From positions 1 to 64,000 of IMG/VR virus record IMGVR_UViG_3300000439_000015: a stretch of 64,000 nucleotides of DNA. The stretch is one strand, 5' to 3'. Both the position numbers and the translations under genes were made by a program. The notes beneath the pieces are model-generated. The model was not told the origin of the DNA, did not search any database, and saw only the letters and a program-made list of their open reading frames with translations. This DNA comes from a virus. Taxonomy: Duplodnaviria > Caudoviricetes. This document shows positions 39,133-49,041 of the stretch, piece after piece. Numbering within the stretch: position 1 is the stretch's first letter; each line of letters begins with the position of its first letter.

Positions 39133-40380
39133 TCAGATACTAAGAATACCACCGAAGCGTTCGCTGTCCTCTTTGAGGGCAATGAGGTTGGCTTGGACGT
39201 AACTGATGTTCTGCTGCTGATGCCACTCGCTGGGGAAGTAGGTGCGCAAGCGAGAGACTTGGAACTTGGCGGTGATGGATGGGACGAAGCGGCGGTAGTT
39301 GGCATCTGTCCAATACCAATGGCTCTGCTCAACGTAGTACGAGATGTGCGTCGGGTCTTGAAACGCTCCTACGCCAGTGGCGCTAGGGGTCAGGCTAAGC
39401 ACCATTCCACCACTTGCCAGTACACGGTGCATTTCGTTCCAAATCTCAACCTTGCGCATTGGGTCGAGGTGTTCGAGGAAGTCGCTGGCACGGAGTACGC
39501 CTACCGAGTTGTCGGGGCAAGCGCCGAGGATGTCAAACACATCACCAACGTGGTCGGCAGGCTCATTGATGTCTACTGTCTGGTAGCCGCTGGCTGGGTT
39601 GTGTGCACCGCCGAGGTCGAAGGCAAACAGGTTGTTGTCCTTGGCCCATTTCACCATCATGTCCGAGATGAACCGTTCGTATAACTGCTGTGTTCCGTCT
39701 TGGATTGCTGGGTTGATGTCGGCTTGCGCCTGCGTCTGTCCAGCGTGCACCCGTTGCAGGTAGAGGTTCTTGGGTATGTGGTGAAATGACGTGATTTGGT
39801 ACATGCGGCACATCAGGTCTTGGTCATCGAGCACGACGAAGGTGTCGTTGTAGCCGCCCACCGCTTCGTAAACGCTCTTGCGCCACGCCCTGAGGTGATT
39901 TGGTGCGTACCAGATGTATGCGACGTGATGGGGGTGTGGGGACTTTGATTGCACCACTTGGTAGTTGCGGTCTGCGTAGTACGACCACCCGTAGTTGTCA
40001 TCAAACCGAGAGTAGTTCGGTGTTCCGTCCTCGTTGATTTGCGAGAAGTCGGAGTAGACGAAGCCAACGTCGGGCATTTCACCAAATGCCTTGACCACCT
40101 CGTCAAGCGCCGACGGCAGAAGAAGGTCGTCGTGGTCGAGTTCCAAGATGATGTCGCCGTTGCACAACTCCACCGCACGTTTTTTCAGTGCGCCCACGCC
40201 CTTGACATTTGGATTTGCGTGTGAAACTCTGACACGGCTGTCGTCGGGCATGTCCCACTCTGCGCCATTGTTCAGCAACACCACCCATTCCCAGTCGGGA
40301 TTCGTCTGCGCTTTGAGGCTGTCGTACACTTCATCTAGCCACTTTGGATTGTGGCTGGGCGTGAACACTGAAATCGTCAT
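39133..40380 (-). CDS. GT2 glycosyltransferase fused to a SAM-methyltransferase-like domain
   Basis: MTISVFTPSHN, LELDHDD (DxD-type), LDDQDL; C-terminal FDLGGA...RASDFLEHL...FQDPTH; start ATG 40380. Confidence 0.85.
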   Translation of the reverse strand: MTISVFTPSHNPKWLDEVYDSLKAQTNPDWEWVVLLNNGAEWDMPDDSRVRVSHANPNVKGVGALKKRAVELCNGDIILELDHDDLLLPSALDEVVKAFGEMPDVGFVYSDFSQINEDGTPNYSRFDDNYGWSYYADRNYQVVQSKSPHPHHVAYIWYAPNHLRAWRKSVYEAVGGYNDTFVVLDDQDLMCRMYQITSFHHIPKNLYLQRVHAGQTQAQADINPAIQDGTQQLYERFISDMMVKWAKDNNLFAFDLGGAHNPASGYQTVDINEPADHVGDVFDILGACPDNSVGVLRASDFLEHLDPMRKVEIWNEMHRVLASGGMVLSLTPSATGVGAFQDPTHISYYVEQSHWYWTDANYRRFVPSITAKFQVSRLRTYFPSEWHQQQNISYVQANLIALKEDSERFGGILSI

Positions 40381-40388
40381 GGAGACGA

Positions 40389-42014
40389 CTATACCCCGTT
40401 TGTGTGGACGACTTCCTGATAACCACTGAGGTAGGGGTTCAACGCACCAGCGATGCCTGTGTACGGATAGGCCGCTCCGCTCGCCCAACAGATGCGCACA
40501 ACGCCGTTTCCACCTTGAGGCCACCAGCCGATTGGTGGCGTGAAGGATTGGTTGTTGTAACTGGGGTTGTTGTTTATTCCACCGTAGCCGACAGTAATCG
40601 TGTAAGTGTTTCCCTGCACGAGACTGATGTTGTTGGCATAAAGCAACGCTCCACCGCCACCAGCGCCTGAACCTGTACTAGCGTCGGGGGTTGTGTTCGC
40701 ACCGTTTCCACCAAGGCCACCGCCTGGGAAGCCGCCGTTGCAATACAGATACGCCTGCGGAGTATTGGTTGAGGTGAAGCCAGCAAACGTACCGCTAAGA
40801 AAGTTGTAGTAGTTGATGAGGCCACTGCCAGCAGTTCCCGTGTTGCCCCAAGTGGAACCACCGAAGCCACCGTAAGTGTTGTATGAAGCGTTACCAATCC
40901 CGTGAGCAGAGCAAGGGTTTGCAACCTGTCCGTTGTTTTGACTTGGAGTGACATACCAAGCCGTGTACGTCGTTGCTGGGCCGCTAGACACACTCAACGT
41001 GCAGACAAGCGCACCCGTGGCAGAGTTGTACGAAGTTACCTGTTGGATTGAGTAATAGTAATACGACTGTCCACCAGCGTCAGTTTGGGGCGTGAACGTA
41101 AGGTACATACCCGTGGTGATTGGAAGTCCTGTTCCAATAGTTCCTGACCATGAGGCTGATAACGCACGGGCAGTTGACGTTCCCGAAGTTCCCCAGCCAC
41201 CGTAAATGCCCGTGCCACCGCCACCGCCACCGAAGTACGTTTCGCCGTTGGTGTTTCCACCACCGCCACCGCCACCGCCACCGCCAGCGGCACCAGTAGT
41301 TCCTGCGGCATTGTTAGCGCCACCCGTTCCACCAGCAGCGTTGTAGCCAGCGCACCCACCGCCCCCAGCAGCACGAGCAGCACTCCCCGTTCCACCAGCG
41401 CCACCTGCGTAGCCCGTGTACGTCACGGTTCCCAATGTTCCCGACGTTGAAACTCCACCGCCAGAACCGCCCGTAGGGTTTAGACCCGTTGTTCCACCAT
41501 TAGCGGTAAGCGTGTACGTTCCATTGGAGAATGATGATGAGCCACCATTGCCGTAGTTGGAACTAGCAAAAGGCTGACCGCCAGAACCAGAACCGCCGCC
41601 GCCGCCGATGAGAAGTATTGTGGCTGTTGCGGTCACGGGGCTTACCCATGAGTAAGTGGTGGAACGCCCCGTGGTCGAGTTGGTGGGGACGTTTCCGTAA
41701 CCAACGTACAACGTGACACTTGTGGTGATACCCGTGGCGCTTGACACCGTGAACGTCGTGGCGCTCACAACTGAAGCAACCGTCGTGACGTTCCTGCACA
41801 CCGAGGTAGCGGTAGCCGTAAACACGTTCATTCCAGCAGAGATGTTGCCCGTGCTGGCGACGGTTACCGTTGTTCCTGAAACGTTCGACACAGCAAACTG
41901 GTTGTAGTTGTTTGAGGCTGGTAGAAAAAGGTGCGAGTTGACTGTGCGTGTGTCGGTAGTCTCAAACCCTGCACCACGAGCCGTTCCTTCAGCAAAAGTA
42001 TTTGGAAAGGGCAT
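40389..42014 (-). CDS. Glycine-rich fibre-associated protein 1
   Basis: ILLIGGGGGSG...GGGGALLYANNISLVQGNTYTITVG...GGNGVVRICW; start ATG 42014 (TAATG overlap). Confidence 0.7.
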   Translation of the reverse strand: MPFPNTFAEGTARGAGFETTDTRTVNSHLFLPASNNYNQFAVSNVSGTTVTVASTGNISAGMNVFTATATSVCRNVTTVASVVSATTFTVSSATGITTSVTLYVGYGNVPTNSTTGRSTTYSWVSPVTATATILLIGGGGGSGSGGQPFASSNYGNGGSSSFSNGTYTLTANGGTTGLNPTGGSGGGVSTSGTLGTVTYTGYAGGAGGTGSAARAAGGGGCAGYNAAGGTGGANNAAGTTGAAGGGGGGGGGGNTNGETYFGGGGGGTGIYGGWGTSGTSTARALSASWSGTIGTGLPITTGMYLTFTPQTDAGGQSYYYYSIQQVTSYNSATGALVCTLSVSSGPATTYTAWYVTPSQNNGQVANPCSAHGIGNASYNTYGGFGGSTWGNTGTAGSGLINYYNFLSGTFAGFTSTNTPQAYLYCNGGFPGGGLGGNGANTTPDASTGSGAGGGGALLYANNISLVQGNTYTITVGYGGINNNPSYNNQSFTPPIGWWPQGGNGVVRICWASGAAYPYTGIAGALNPYLSGYQEVVHTNGV

Positions 42015-43009
42015 TAGTACTTGACCTGTGAGGCAAAGACCGTCCAAGTACTTGTACCCGTTGACATGATGGTGAACGTGTACACGTCAACGGTTGATGG
42101 GTTGGCGCTCGATGGTGCGGTACCGCCCTGCCAGAACGTTGTGATGCCGTTAGTTGTGTTGCCACTTGGTGGGAACTGGGTCGTACTTGAGTACGAGTTG
42201 GTTCCGTTCAACGTGTAGGTATACGGGGCATACGCCGTCGAACCGTTTAGCACTGAAAAGACTACGGTGGCGGACTGACCAGAAGTTGTTGGCGCACCCG
42301 TGATTGCAATGGTGTACTGACCGCCGACACCACCGTTGTAATAGGCGAAGGCAGGGTTAGTGGCAAGTGCAATGGTGACCGTGCTGGAAGATGCGATTGA
42401 ACTACCACCGAGAGTGAATGCCTCGTAGGGAGCATTGAACACGGCGTTCTGAGAGACGGCTGAGTTTCCTTGACTGCCCTGATTTCCTTGGTTTCCCTGA
42501 GGCCCTTGAGGAAGGGTGAAGTTGAATACCGCTTGACCTGCGGTTGCAGAGACGTTTGTGACGATTGCAGAGTTGGGGTACGCCGTTGTGGTGACCGTAC
42601 CGACGGCAATGGAAGATTGATTTCCTTGGAACCCTTGGTTACCTTGGTTTCCCTGATAACCCTGAGGCCCAATCAAGGTTGACTGGGCACCTTGGATACC
42701 CTGTACGCCCTGAACTCCTTGCACCCCTTGGATACCCTGATTGCCCTGAAGTCCCTGTGAGCCGACGACGGCGGTAACCCACGAGCCGATAACGAGCGGA
42801 GTTGATGTGGTGATACCCGTGCCGAGGGCAACCGTAACGGTGCCTGTTCCAATCGAGGAAATGGTCGTGTTGACACCAGCCGAAGCGTTCTCGACAAACA
42901 TACCGACGGCAACGTTGGCTGTGCTGGAAATGCCAACGACTGTGCCCGCCACCGAAGTCGGCGTGAACGGAGAACCCGTCGCAGGCACAAAATACTTCAA
43001 CTGGGACAT
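42014..43009 (-). CDS. Collagen-like fibre protein
   Basis: G-X-Q triplets, NAVFNFTLPQGPQG, C-terminal WQGGTAPS...VDVYTF. Confidence 0.75.
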   Translation of the reverse strand: MSQLKYFVPATGSPFTPTSVAGTVVGISSTANVAVGMFVENASAGVNTTISSIGTGTVTVALGTGITTSTPLVIGSWVTAVVGSQGLQGNQGIQGVQGVQGVQGIQGAQSTLIGPQGYQGNQGNQGFQGNQSSIAVGTVTTTAYPNSAIVTNVSATAGQAVFNFTLPQGPQGNQGNQGSQGNSAVSQNAVFNAPYEAFTLGGSSIASSSTVTIALATNPAFAYYNGGVGGQYTIAITGAPTTSGQSATVVFSVLNGSTAYAPYTYTLNGTNSYSSTTQFPPSGNTTNGITTFWQGGTAPSSANPSTVDVYTFTIMSTGTSTWTVFASQVKY

Positions 43010-43010
43010 T

Positions 43011-43430
43011 TCACTGCGCCTTTCGGATTAGTTCCAAAACCATCTGAAGTTCTTGCTCAACGGTCAAACCGTCTTTGATTACGAGGTCTGCGTCAGGCGT
43101 TTCCCACATGGTGTTGGTGTCGGGGTATGGACTTGACCCTATTCTATCTACCCAAATCAAGAAGTCTGGCTTGCCAAATGCTTCACGGGTGTCTACCGTC
43201 GGGCATACGAAGTCAACGACGACAGTGAACTCTTGCTCCTGAAACAGGCGAGCCATTCCACCAAGACGACGGGCTTGCTCGATGCGGTCTGTGTGGGAGA
43301 ACCCGAGGTCGGCGTTGACGTGGTTTCGCACTGCGTCTGCGTTGAGGTGAATGGCACCGAGCCATTCCGACAAAGCCTCTGCAAGAACCGTTTTGCCAGC
43401 CGTCGGCAACCCGATTATCTGGATAATCAT
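43011..43430 (-). CDS. Adenylylsulfate (APS) kinase-like protein
   Basis: IIGLPTAGKT P-loop, HLNADAVR, DLGFSHTDRIEQARR, VVVDFVCP; start ATG 43430. Confidence 0.75.
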   Translation of the reverse strand: MIIQIIGLPTAGKTVLAEALSEWLGAIHLNADAVRNHVNADLGFSHTDRIEQARRLGGMARLFQEQEFTVVVDFVCPTVDTREAFGKPDFLIWVDRIGSSPYPDTNTMWETPDADLVIKDGLTVEQELQMVLELIRKAQ

Positions 43431-44089
43431 TGCCCCTGCTTCCAAAACAACGAGTTGTCCATGTAGATTTCACTGTCCGCTTCCGTCATCTTCTGAAGGC
43501 GCTTGACTTGCGAGTACGACAGGTTGTTGAAGGTCAACTGGCTCTGCGTGTTGGCGTTGTAGTTCGGCATGGTGTACTTGGCGTTGATGAGGTCGGGCAA
43601 GTCGAACCGTGTGCAGATTGCTTTGCGCACTTCCTCTAGCGTTTCACCATTGAGTTGGTTGTCACGGAGAAGCACGTCCACTCGCTTGACGTTCTTTAGA
43701 ACCGCCTCGTTTTCCACCTCAATGGGCATTGCGTTGAGTTTCGTCAACAGCGCACCGCCCTGAACATCGAACGAGTAGGCGAACATCTTGCTCTGGTAGT
43801 TAGTCAGCGCAACTTCGTTTGTGTCGAGCCACTCGTCAAAGGCCAACCACTCTTCCGCCATCTGCACCCGTCGGTACTCGTATTGGCTCACAAGGCGACG
43901 CATTGGCTCTCGGACTGAACTGATGACGAACGTCTCATCGTCCACGTCCTTCCACCCGTAATGCTCTTGACTGCCTGAGGTGGAAAGTTGTTGACCCTCA
44001 ATGCCGTGGGCGTAGACCAACGGGTCGAGCAATGTGGACTTGATGTACGTTCCGCCTGCTTTTGGAATGTGGTGATGGAAGATTTCCAT
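43427..44089 (-). CDS. Sulfotransferase family protein
   Basis: 5'-PSB HHHIPKAGGTYI and 3'-PB VREPMRRLVSQY motifs. Confidence 0.8.
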   Translation of the reverse strand: MEIFHHHIPKAGGTYIKSTLLDPLVYAHGIEGQQLSTSGSQEHYGWKDVDDETFVISSVREPMRRLVSQYEYRRVQMAEEWLAFDEWLDTNEVALTNYQSKMFAYSFDVQGGALLTKLNAMPIEVENEAVLKNVKRVDVLLRDNQLNGETLEEVRKAICTRFDLPDLINAKYTMPNYNANTQSQLTFNNLSYSQVKRLQKMTEADSEIYMDNSLFWKQGQ

Positions 44090-44316
44090 TAGGCGATTGG
44101 GTTGGGGTTGGGCGCTACGGGAACGGCGCTAATGGTTGCTGGTGGAATGAAGTCTGTTCCGTCGTATGTCCAACCGACGTTTGGAACCATGTCATTGTTC
44201 GTCACGTCAATGATGTTCGCCGAAGAGGTGAACGACGTAGCGAGAGTATCGTCCGTGTTGAGGACAAGTGTGACGTTTCCACCAGCGTCTACGAATGCGA
44301 TTACTACGTTTGCCAT
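44089..44316 (-). CDS. Small fibre-assembly-type protein
   Basis: PNVGWTYDGTDFIPP motif typical of small genes next to glycine-rich fibre genes. Confidence 0.65.
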   Translation of the reverse strand: MANVVIAFVDAGGNVTLVLNTDDTLATSFTSSANIIDVTNNDMVPNVGWTYDGTDFIPPATISAVPVAPNPNPIA

Positions 44317-45626
44317 TAGTTGACCACCTCATTGGTTGTTGAACTGACATTAGTTGAAGGGAATGCTCGCTGGGTTCCTGCAATGCCCCAGACAATGCGC
44401 ACGGCTCCGCCACCTGCCCCTGCCTGAACGTTTGCTGGGATTGCCGCTACTCCACCAGTGTTTGTGCCAACGTACCCCGAGGCAACGGTAAAAGAAGATG
44501 AGTTGGCGCTGGTGATTATGTAAGTTCCATTGAGTGTTAGAGAGAAGTTGTTTAGAAAAACAATCTGCCCAGCCTTGTAAGTGTTGGCTACGGTTATTGT
44601 CGTCGTTGTGCCATTTCCACTTGATGAAGCGCCAGTGTATGTTGCTTGAACTGGCCCAGCACTTGCGGTGCCCACTTGGACGGTGTAAGTCTGGTTTGGG
44701 ATAACCAAGTAGTTGTTGATGTATGCCAATGCTCCACCACCGCCAGAAAAAACACTGCTGAAGGGTGTGGTTAGTGGGGTTGAGTATGGGGGTGAAGGGG
44801 CACTAAAACCCGCACCGCCACCGAAGGCACCGCCACCGCCAGAACCGCCGTAGTTTGCCGTAGGCGAGTAACTGCTCCAAGCGCCGCCAAGACCGCCTGC
44901 CAGACCACTGGTACTGAAATCTGTAGTGCCAGCCGTACCATTTGTGTCTATTTGATTGCTGCTGTTGTCGCCTTGACCGCCTGAACCGCCAGCGGAACTT
45001 CCACTTCCGCCCCCAGTGCCACCTAAGGCGTAACCGCTCGATAGTGTCCCCTTAGCGCCACCTGTTCCTGAGTATTGGTAGTTAGCGCCGTACACGCCTG
45101 TTCCACCACCGCCTGCACCACCGCCTACGGTGTACTGGTTCTGGTAGTAGCCAGAGCCACCACCACCACCACCGTCGGTTGATGATGCGCCAGCACTTGA
45201 CCGAGCGCCCGTATTTAGGGTTGTTCCACCTGCTCCGCCATTGGAAGAGTATCCACCAGCACCACCGCCGCCACCGCCGTCATAAGAGTTTCCAGCACCG
45301 CCAGAGCCACCAGTACCTGCCAGTACGACACCGCCTGTTCCATTGGCTTGACCACCAGAAGAAGCCACAATGCTTGCGCTTCCAAAGTACGAGGTTCCGC
45401 CAGAAAAGTATCCGCCACCTGCGCCTACGCAGACGACGCTGATGTTGTATACCCCTGCTGGACACGTCCATGTGTACATCTGGGCGTTGCTTGCCGTAAC
45501 CGAAGAAGTTGCGTACACCGTTGAGGTGAAAAGGTGCGACCCAGTTGATTGGTTGACTAGGACGGTTTGGAACTCCCCGTATCCGTCCACCGACATCTCT
45601 GCTCGTGCTGAAATAATGGGCGACAT
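44316..45626 (-). CDS. Glycine-rich fibre-associated protein 2
   Basis: YTWTCPAGVYNISVVCVGAGGG...GGGGALAYINNYLVIPNQTYTVQVG...GGGAVRIVWG. Confidence 0.75.
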   Translation of the reverse strand: MSPIISARAEMSVDGYGEFQTVLVNQSTGSHLFTSTVYATSSVTASNAQMYTWTCPAGVYNISVVCVGAGGGYFSGGTSYFGSASIVASSGGQANGTGGVVLAGTGGSGGAGNSYDGGGGGGAGGYSSNGGAGGTTLNTGARSSAGASSTDGGGGGGSGYYQNQYTVGGGAGGGGTGVYGANYQYSGTGGAKGTLSSGYALGGTGGGSGSSAGGSGGQGDNSSNQIDTNGTAGTTDFSTSGLAGGLGGAWSSYSPTANYGGSGGGGAFGGGAGFSAPSPPYSTPLTTPFSSVFSGGGGALAYINNYLVIPNQTYTVQVGTASAGPVQATYTGASSSGNGTTTTITVANTYKAGQIVFLNNFSLTLNGTYIITSANSSSFTVASGYVGTNTGGVAAIPANVQAGAGGGAVRIVWGIAGTQRAFPSTNVSSTTNEVVN

Positions 45627-48600
45627 TAGTACTTATTGAGGTTGAGAAGTAGCGTCCAAGTATTGGTGCCCGTACAGATTGCGTTTATGACGTACACATC
45701 GAGGGTAGAAGCGTCCGCAGTAGACCACGCTACTCCACTTTGGTAGTACGACGTGATGCCGTTGTTCGTAGCGCCTTGCGCTGGGAGAGTGGTGAACGAT
45801 GCGGTTGATGTTGCACCCGTGGCTGGATTGGTTACCGAGAAGGACGAAGAAGTGGCGCTAAGGACAACCCACGAACCGTTGAAGTTGCTGTTTCCTGTCG
45901 CACCCGTAATGTACACTTCCTGCCCTGCTACCAGAGAGTTGCTGGCAGTGTAGGTAACAACGCCACCCGTGTACGAGATGGCGGAAATGGCAGTCGAAGC
46001 GCCCGCTTGGTAGCCGTTCACTGAAATGTTGCTGGGCAAGTACGCAGTTGCCGAGTTGTTGACCATGAGGGCAACTGTGATTGACTGACCAGCAGTAGTT
46101 GGGGCATTTGTCAAGTTCAACTGCCACGGAGCGGTTGGTGAGTACGAGTTGTAGTAGTACACCGACTGGGTGTTGAGAGGGATTGATGCTGGGACGGCGT
46201 TGCTCAACTGCGCCGTCGAGAGGTTTACGCTTTCGATTGGTGAAGCGATGATGGGGAAGTTGATGATGGGCGAAGTCAGGGTCTTGTTGGTTAGCGTCTG
46301 AGAAGCCGTCGTGCCCACAACCTGCTGGGCAATACTGGCTGGGTCGTAGGTGGACGTACTCATGTTTCCACCACCCTGAGGGCCTTGAGTACCGTTTCCT
46401 GAAGCGGTTGTGTCTAGCCAGAGAAGCGTCGTGTCGTATGGGGGCAATCCGTTGCTAGAGGTGTAAATGCCCTGCGCACCTTGGTTGCCTTGGTTGCCTT
46501 GATAGCCTTGATTGCCTTGTGTACCCTGAGCGCCAGTAACCGAGGCTCCCTGATTACCTTGGTTCCCCTGAAATCCCTGTGTTCCGGTAGAACCCGTCGA
46601 ACCCTGACTACCCGTAGACCCCTGATTACCCTGATTTCCTTGGTTGCCCTGTGCTCCGGTTGAGCCTTGGGCACCAGTGGCACCAGTTGCGCCCTGAGCG
46701 CCGGTGGAGCCTTGCGCTCCGGTGTTGCCTTGGTTGCCTTGAAATCCTTGGTTACCTTGATAGCCCTGACTACCTTGTGCACCTGTTGTACCCTGTGCGC
46801 CAGTTGAGCCTTGGTTGCCCTGTGAACCCTGTGAACCCGTCGCCCCTTGTGCACCTGTTGTACCCTGAAAGCCCTGCGTCCCTTGGAATCCCTGTGTACC
46901 TTGGTAGCCTTGGTTTCCCTGCGCCCCTTGGTATGTCACTTGCTGAGCAGTGAAAATGACGCTTGGGGTGGCTGGGACGGTGGGGCCGGTCTGGGAGCCA
47001 GTGGCGGCGATGGAGATAGTCGTGTTCGACGGTGCCCACGCCAACTGAACGTAGTCGTTGGCATTGACGTTGATGACGTAGTTGACGGCAGCAATCAGCG
47101 CACCAGAGCCACCATGCGAAGTCCCAGGCACGTTATACGTCGAGTTGCTGTCAATGACATCCGTACCGTTTTGACGAAGCCAAACATCCACGTTGTCAGA
47201 GTTGCTGTCAGAGTTAGCAAACTGAATCGAGTATTGGATGTTGTACGTTCCAGCGTGGGCGAACGTGACTTGGTTTCCACTGGCGATGGTAATCCCGTAG
47301 TTGGCGCTCACCGTGTTGATGTTTACGACGTTGGAAACCGTTGTGGATGAGGCCGTCTGGGTCGTCGTGTCGTATGCCGAGATGTAGTTGGCGATTACAC
47401 CACCGGCACCCTGCACGCCTTGATACCCTTGTGCGCCCTGACCAGAAACTTGCGTCCAGTTGATGTTGTCGGTGCCGATAAGGATTACACCATCAGTACC
47501 AGTACCAGTCGAAATCATCTCGTAGGTCTTGCCAACGTTGCTTGTTCCGGCGATGGTGAGCGTGTAGTCGCCAGCGGCAACCTCGCCAGCGGTGGAATCG
47601 TTGTAGTCGGTGGCACGGGTGAGTGTCCACGGCGTTGATACTGAGCCGGTTGCCGTTACGGTGTAGATACCGTTGTACTTGGCGTTGGTGTTTGCGGTAA
47701 CGAGAACACGTTGGTTGGCGGTCAGGGTCACGCCGTCAATCACCAAAGCACCGTTTGCAGAAGCGGTAAGTTTTGCGCCGATGCCGTAACCGCCACTAGC
47801 GTCAATCGTGCCAGCCGTGTAGGTGGAAGAGTTCGTCGTTCCGGCGGTGTCGGCAACCTGAACGGATGAGTGGGCGTTGAGTGCTGAAGGCGCTCCCTGC
47901 ACGCCTTGATTTCCCTGATACCCTTGATTTCCTTGGAATCCTTGCGTACCCTGCGTCCCTTGGAACCCTTGAACGCCTTGCGTACCCTGATTTCCTTGGT
48001 TACCCTGAGAACCAGTCGAGCCGGTTGAACCCTGATTGCCCTGAGAACCCTGTACACCCTGCGTACCTTGGAATCCCTGACTGCCCTGAACACCTTGGCT
48101 GCCGGTTACTCCTTGGTAACCTTGGTTTCCTTGGCTACCAGTCGCCCCCGTCGAACCTTGCGAGCCAGTAGAACCTTGACTACCCGTTGCTCCTTGGTTT
48201 CCTTGATTTCCCTGTGAACCAGTATTTCCTTGGACACCCTGTGTACCCTGTGTACCAGTGGTACCAGTGGTACCAACGTTGCCTTGGTTGCCTTGGAATC
48301 CCTGATTCCCCTGTACGCCCTGTACTCCTTGCGTACCTTGGTTTCCCTGCACGCCGTTTATTCCAGCATTCCCTTGGTTTCCTTGAACCCCTTGTACCCC
48401 TTGTACGCCAATAGAGCCTTGGTTGCCCTGATTGCCTTGTGTACCGTTTGCGCCGTTGTTTCCTTGGTTGCCCTGAACACCTTGGGTACCTTGGGTACCT
48501 TGGGTACCCTGCGTGCCCGTAGAACCCCACTGAAGCCCTGATGCACCAACAGTAAGCACTTGGCCCGTAGAGCCTTGTGGCAGTCGAGCCAAAGAGTTTG

Positions 48601-49018
48601 CCCCCGAGCCGACAAGAAGGTCGCCAGATGCGACGATTTGCCCAACGGTTTCAGCAACGGCGTAGTTTGCCTCTGAGATGTCCGTCGAGGTCATGATTGG
48701 AACAACGGAAGCACCCGAAGCGTGCGACATTCCAGTACCCGACGTAGCGGTATCAAATGCACGAACTACGCCCGTCAAGGTGACATTAGAGCCTGACCAG
48801 TTGTAGACGTTGGCTGGAACGTAGATGTGCTCTTCGAGTGACGTTCCGTAGTCAAGGGCGAGGTAGAAACCGCCGTTGATGCCAAGTCCTGCCCACGAGC
48901 CGATGCCTGCCGAGAAGGTCAGGTAGATGGTGGTATCCGTGGCCCCGATGGGCGACGTTAGAAGCGCAGCGTATGGTTCGCCCGTGTAACTGTTGAGCGA
49001 ATAGGGAGTTCTTGCCAT
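45626..49018 (-). CDS. Long collagen-like fibre protein (1130 aa)
   Basis: Two long G-X-Q blocks flanking a GVTLTANQRVLV...YNGIY...LTRATD tail-fibre domain; C-terminus paralogous to the 42014 gene. Confidence 0.8.
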   Translation of the reverse strand: MARTPYSLNSYTGEPYAALLTSPIGATDTTIYLTFSAGIGSWAGLGINGGFYLALDYGTSLEEHIYVPANVYNWSGSNVTLTGVVRAFDTATSGTGMSHASGASVVPIMTSTDISEANYAVAETVGQIVASGDLLVGSGANSLARLPQGSTGQVLTVGASGLQWGSTGTQGTQGTQGTQGVQGNQGNNGANGTQGNQGNQGSIGVQGVQGVQGNQGNAGINGVQGNQGTQGVQGVQGNQGFQGNQGNVGTTGTTGTQGTQGVQGNTGSQGNQGNQGATGSQGSTGSQGSTGATGSQGNQGYQGVTGSQGVQGSQGFQGTQGVQGSQGNQGSTGSTGSQGNQGNQGTQGVQGFQGTQGTQGFQGNQGYQGNQGVQGAPSALNAHSSVQVADTAGTTNSSTYTAGTIDASGGYGIGAKLTASANGALVIDGVTLTANQRVLVTANTNAKYNGIYTVTATGSVSTPWTLTRATDYNDSTAGEVAAGDYTLTIAGTSNVGKTYEMISTGTGTDGVILIGTDNINWTQVSGQGAQGYQGVQGAGGVIANYISAYDTTTQTASSTTVSNVVNINTVSANYGITIASGNQVTFAHAGTYNIQYSIQFANSDSNSDNVDVWLRQNGTDVIDSNSTYNVPGTSHGGSGALIAAVNYVINVNANDYVQLAWAPSNTTISIAATGSQTGPTVPATPSVIFTAQQVTYQGAQGNQGYQGTQGFQGTQGFQGTTGAQGATGSQGSQGNQGSTGAQGTTGAQGSQGYQGNQGFQGNQGNTGAQGSTGAQGATGATGAQGSTGAQGNQGNQGNQGSTGSQGSTGSTGTQGFQGNQGNQGASVTGAQGTQGNQGYQGNQGNQGAQGIYTSSNGLPPYDTTLLWLDTTASGNGTQGPQGGGNMSTSTYDPASIAQQVVGTTASQTLTNKTLTSPIINFPIIASPIESVNLSTAQLSNAVPASIPLNTQSVYYYNSYSPTAPWQLNLTNAPTTAGQSITVALMVNNSATAYLPSNISVNGYQAGASTAISAISYTGGVVTYTASNSLVAGQEVYITGATGNSNFNGSWVVLSATSSSFSVTNPATGATSTASFTTLPAQGATNNGITSYYQSGVAWSTADASTLDVYVINAICTGTNTWTLLLNLNKY

Positions 49019-49041
49019 TTCAGCCCCTAAGGGTTATCCCC

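Noticed and set aside
45626-49018. CRISPR array or tandem-repeat element
   Set aside because: The repeats are 9-bp degenerate units explained by G-X-Q collagen coding, with no spacers.
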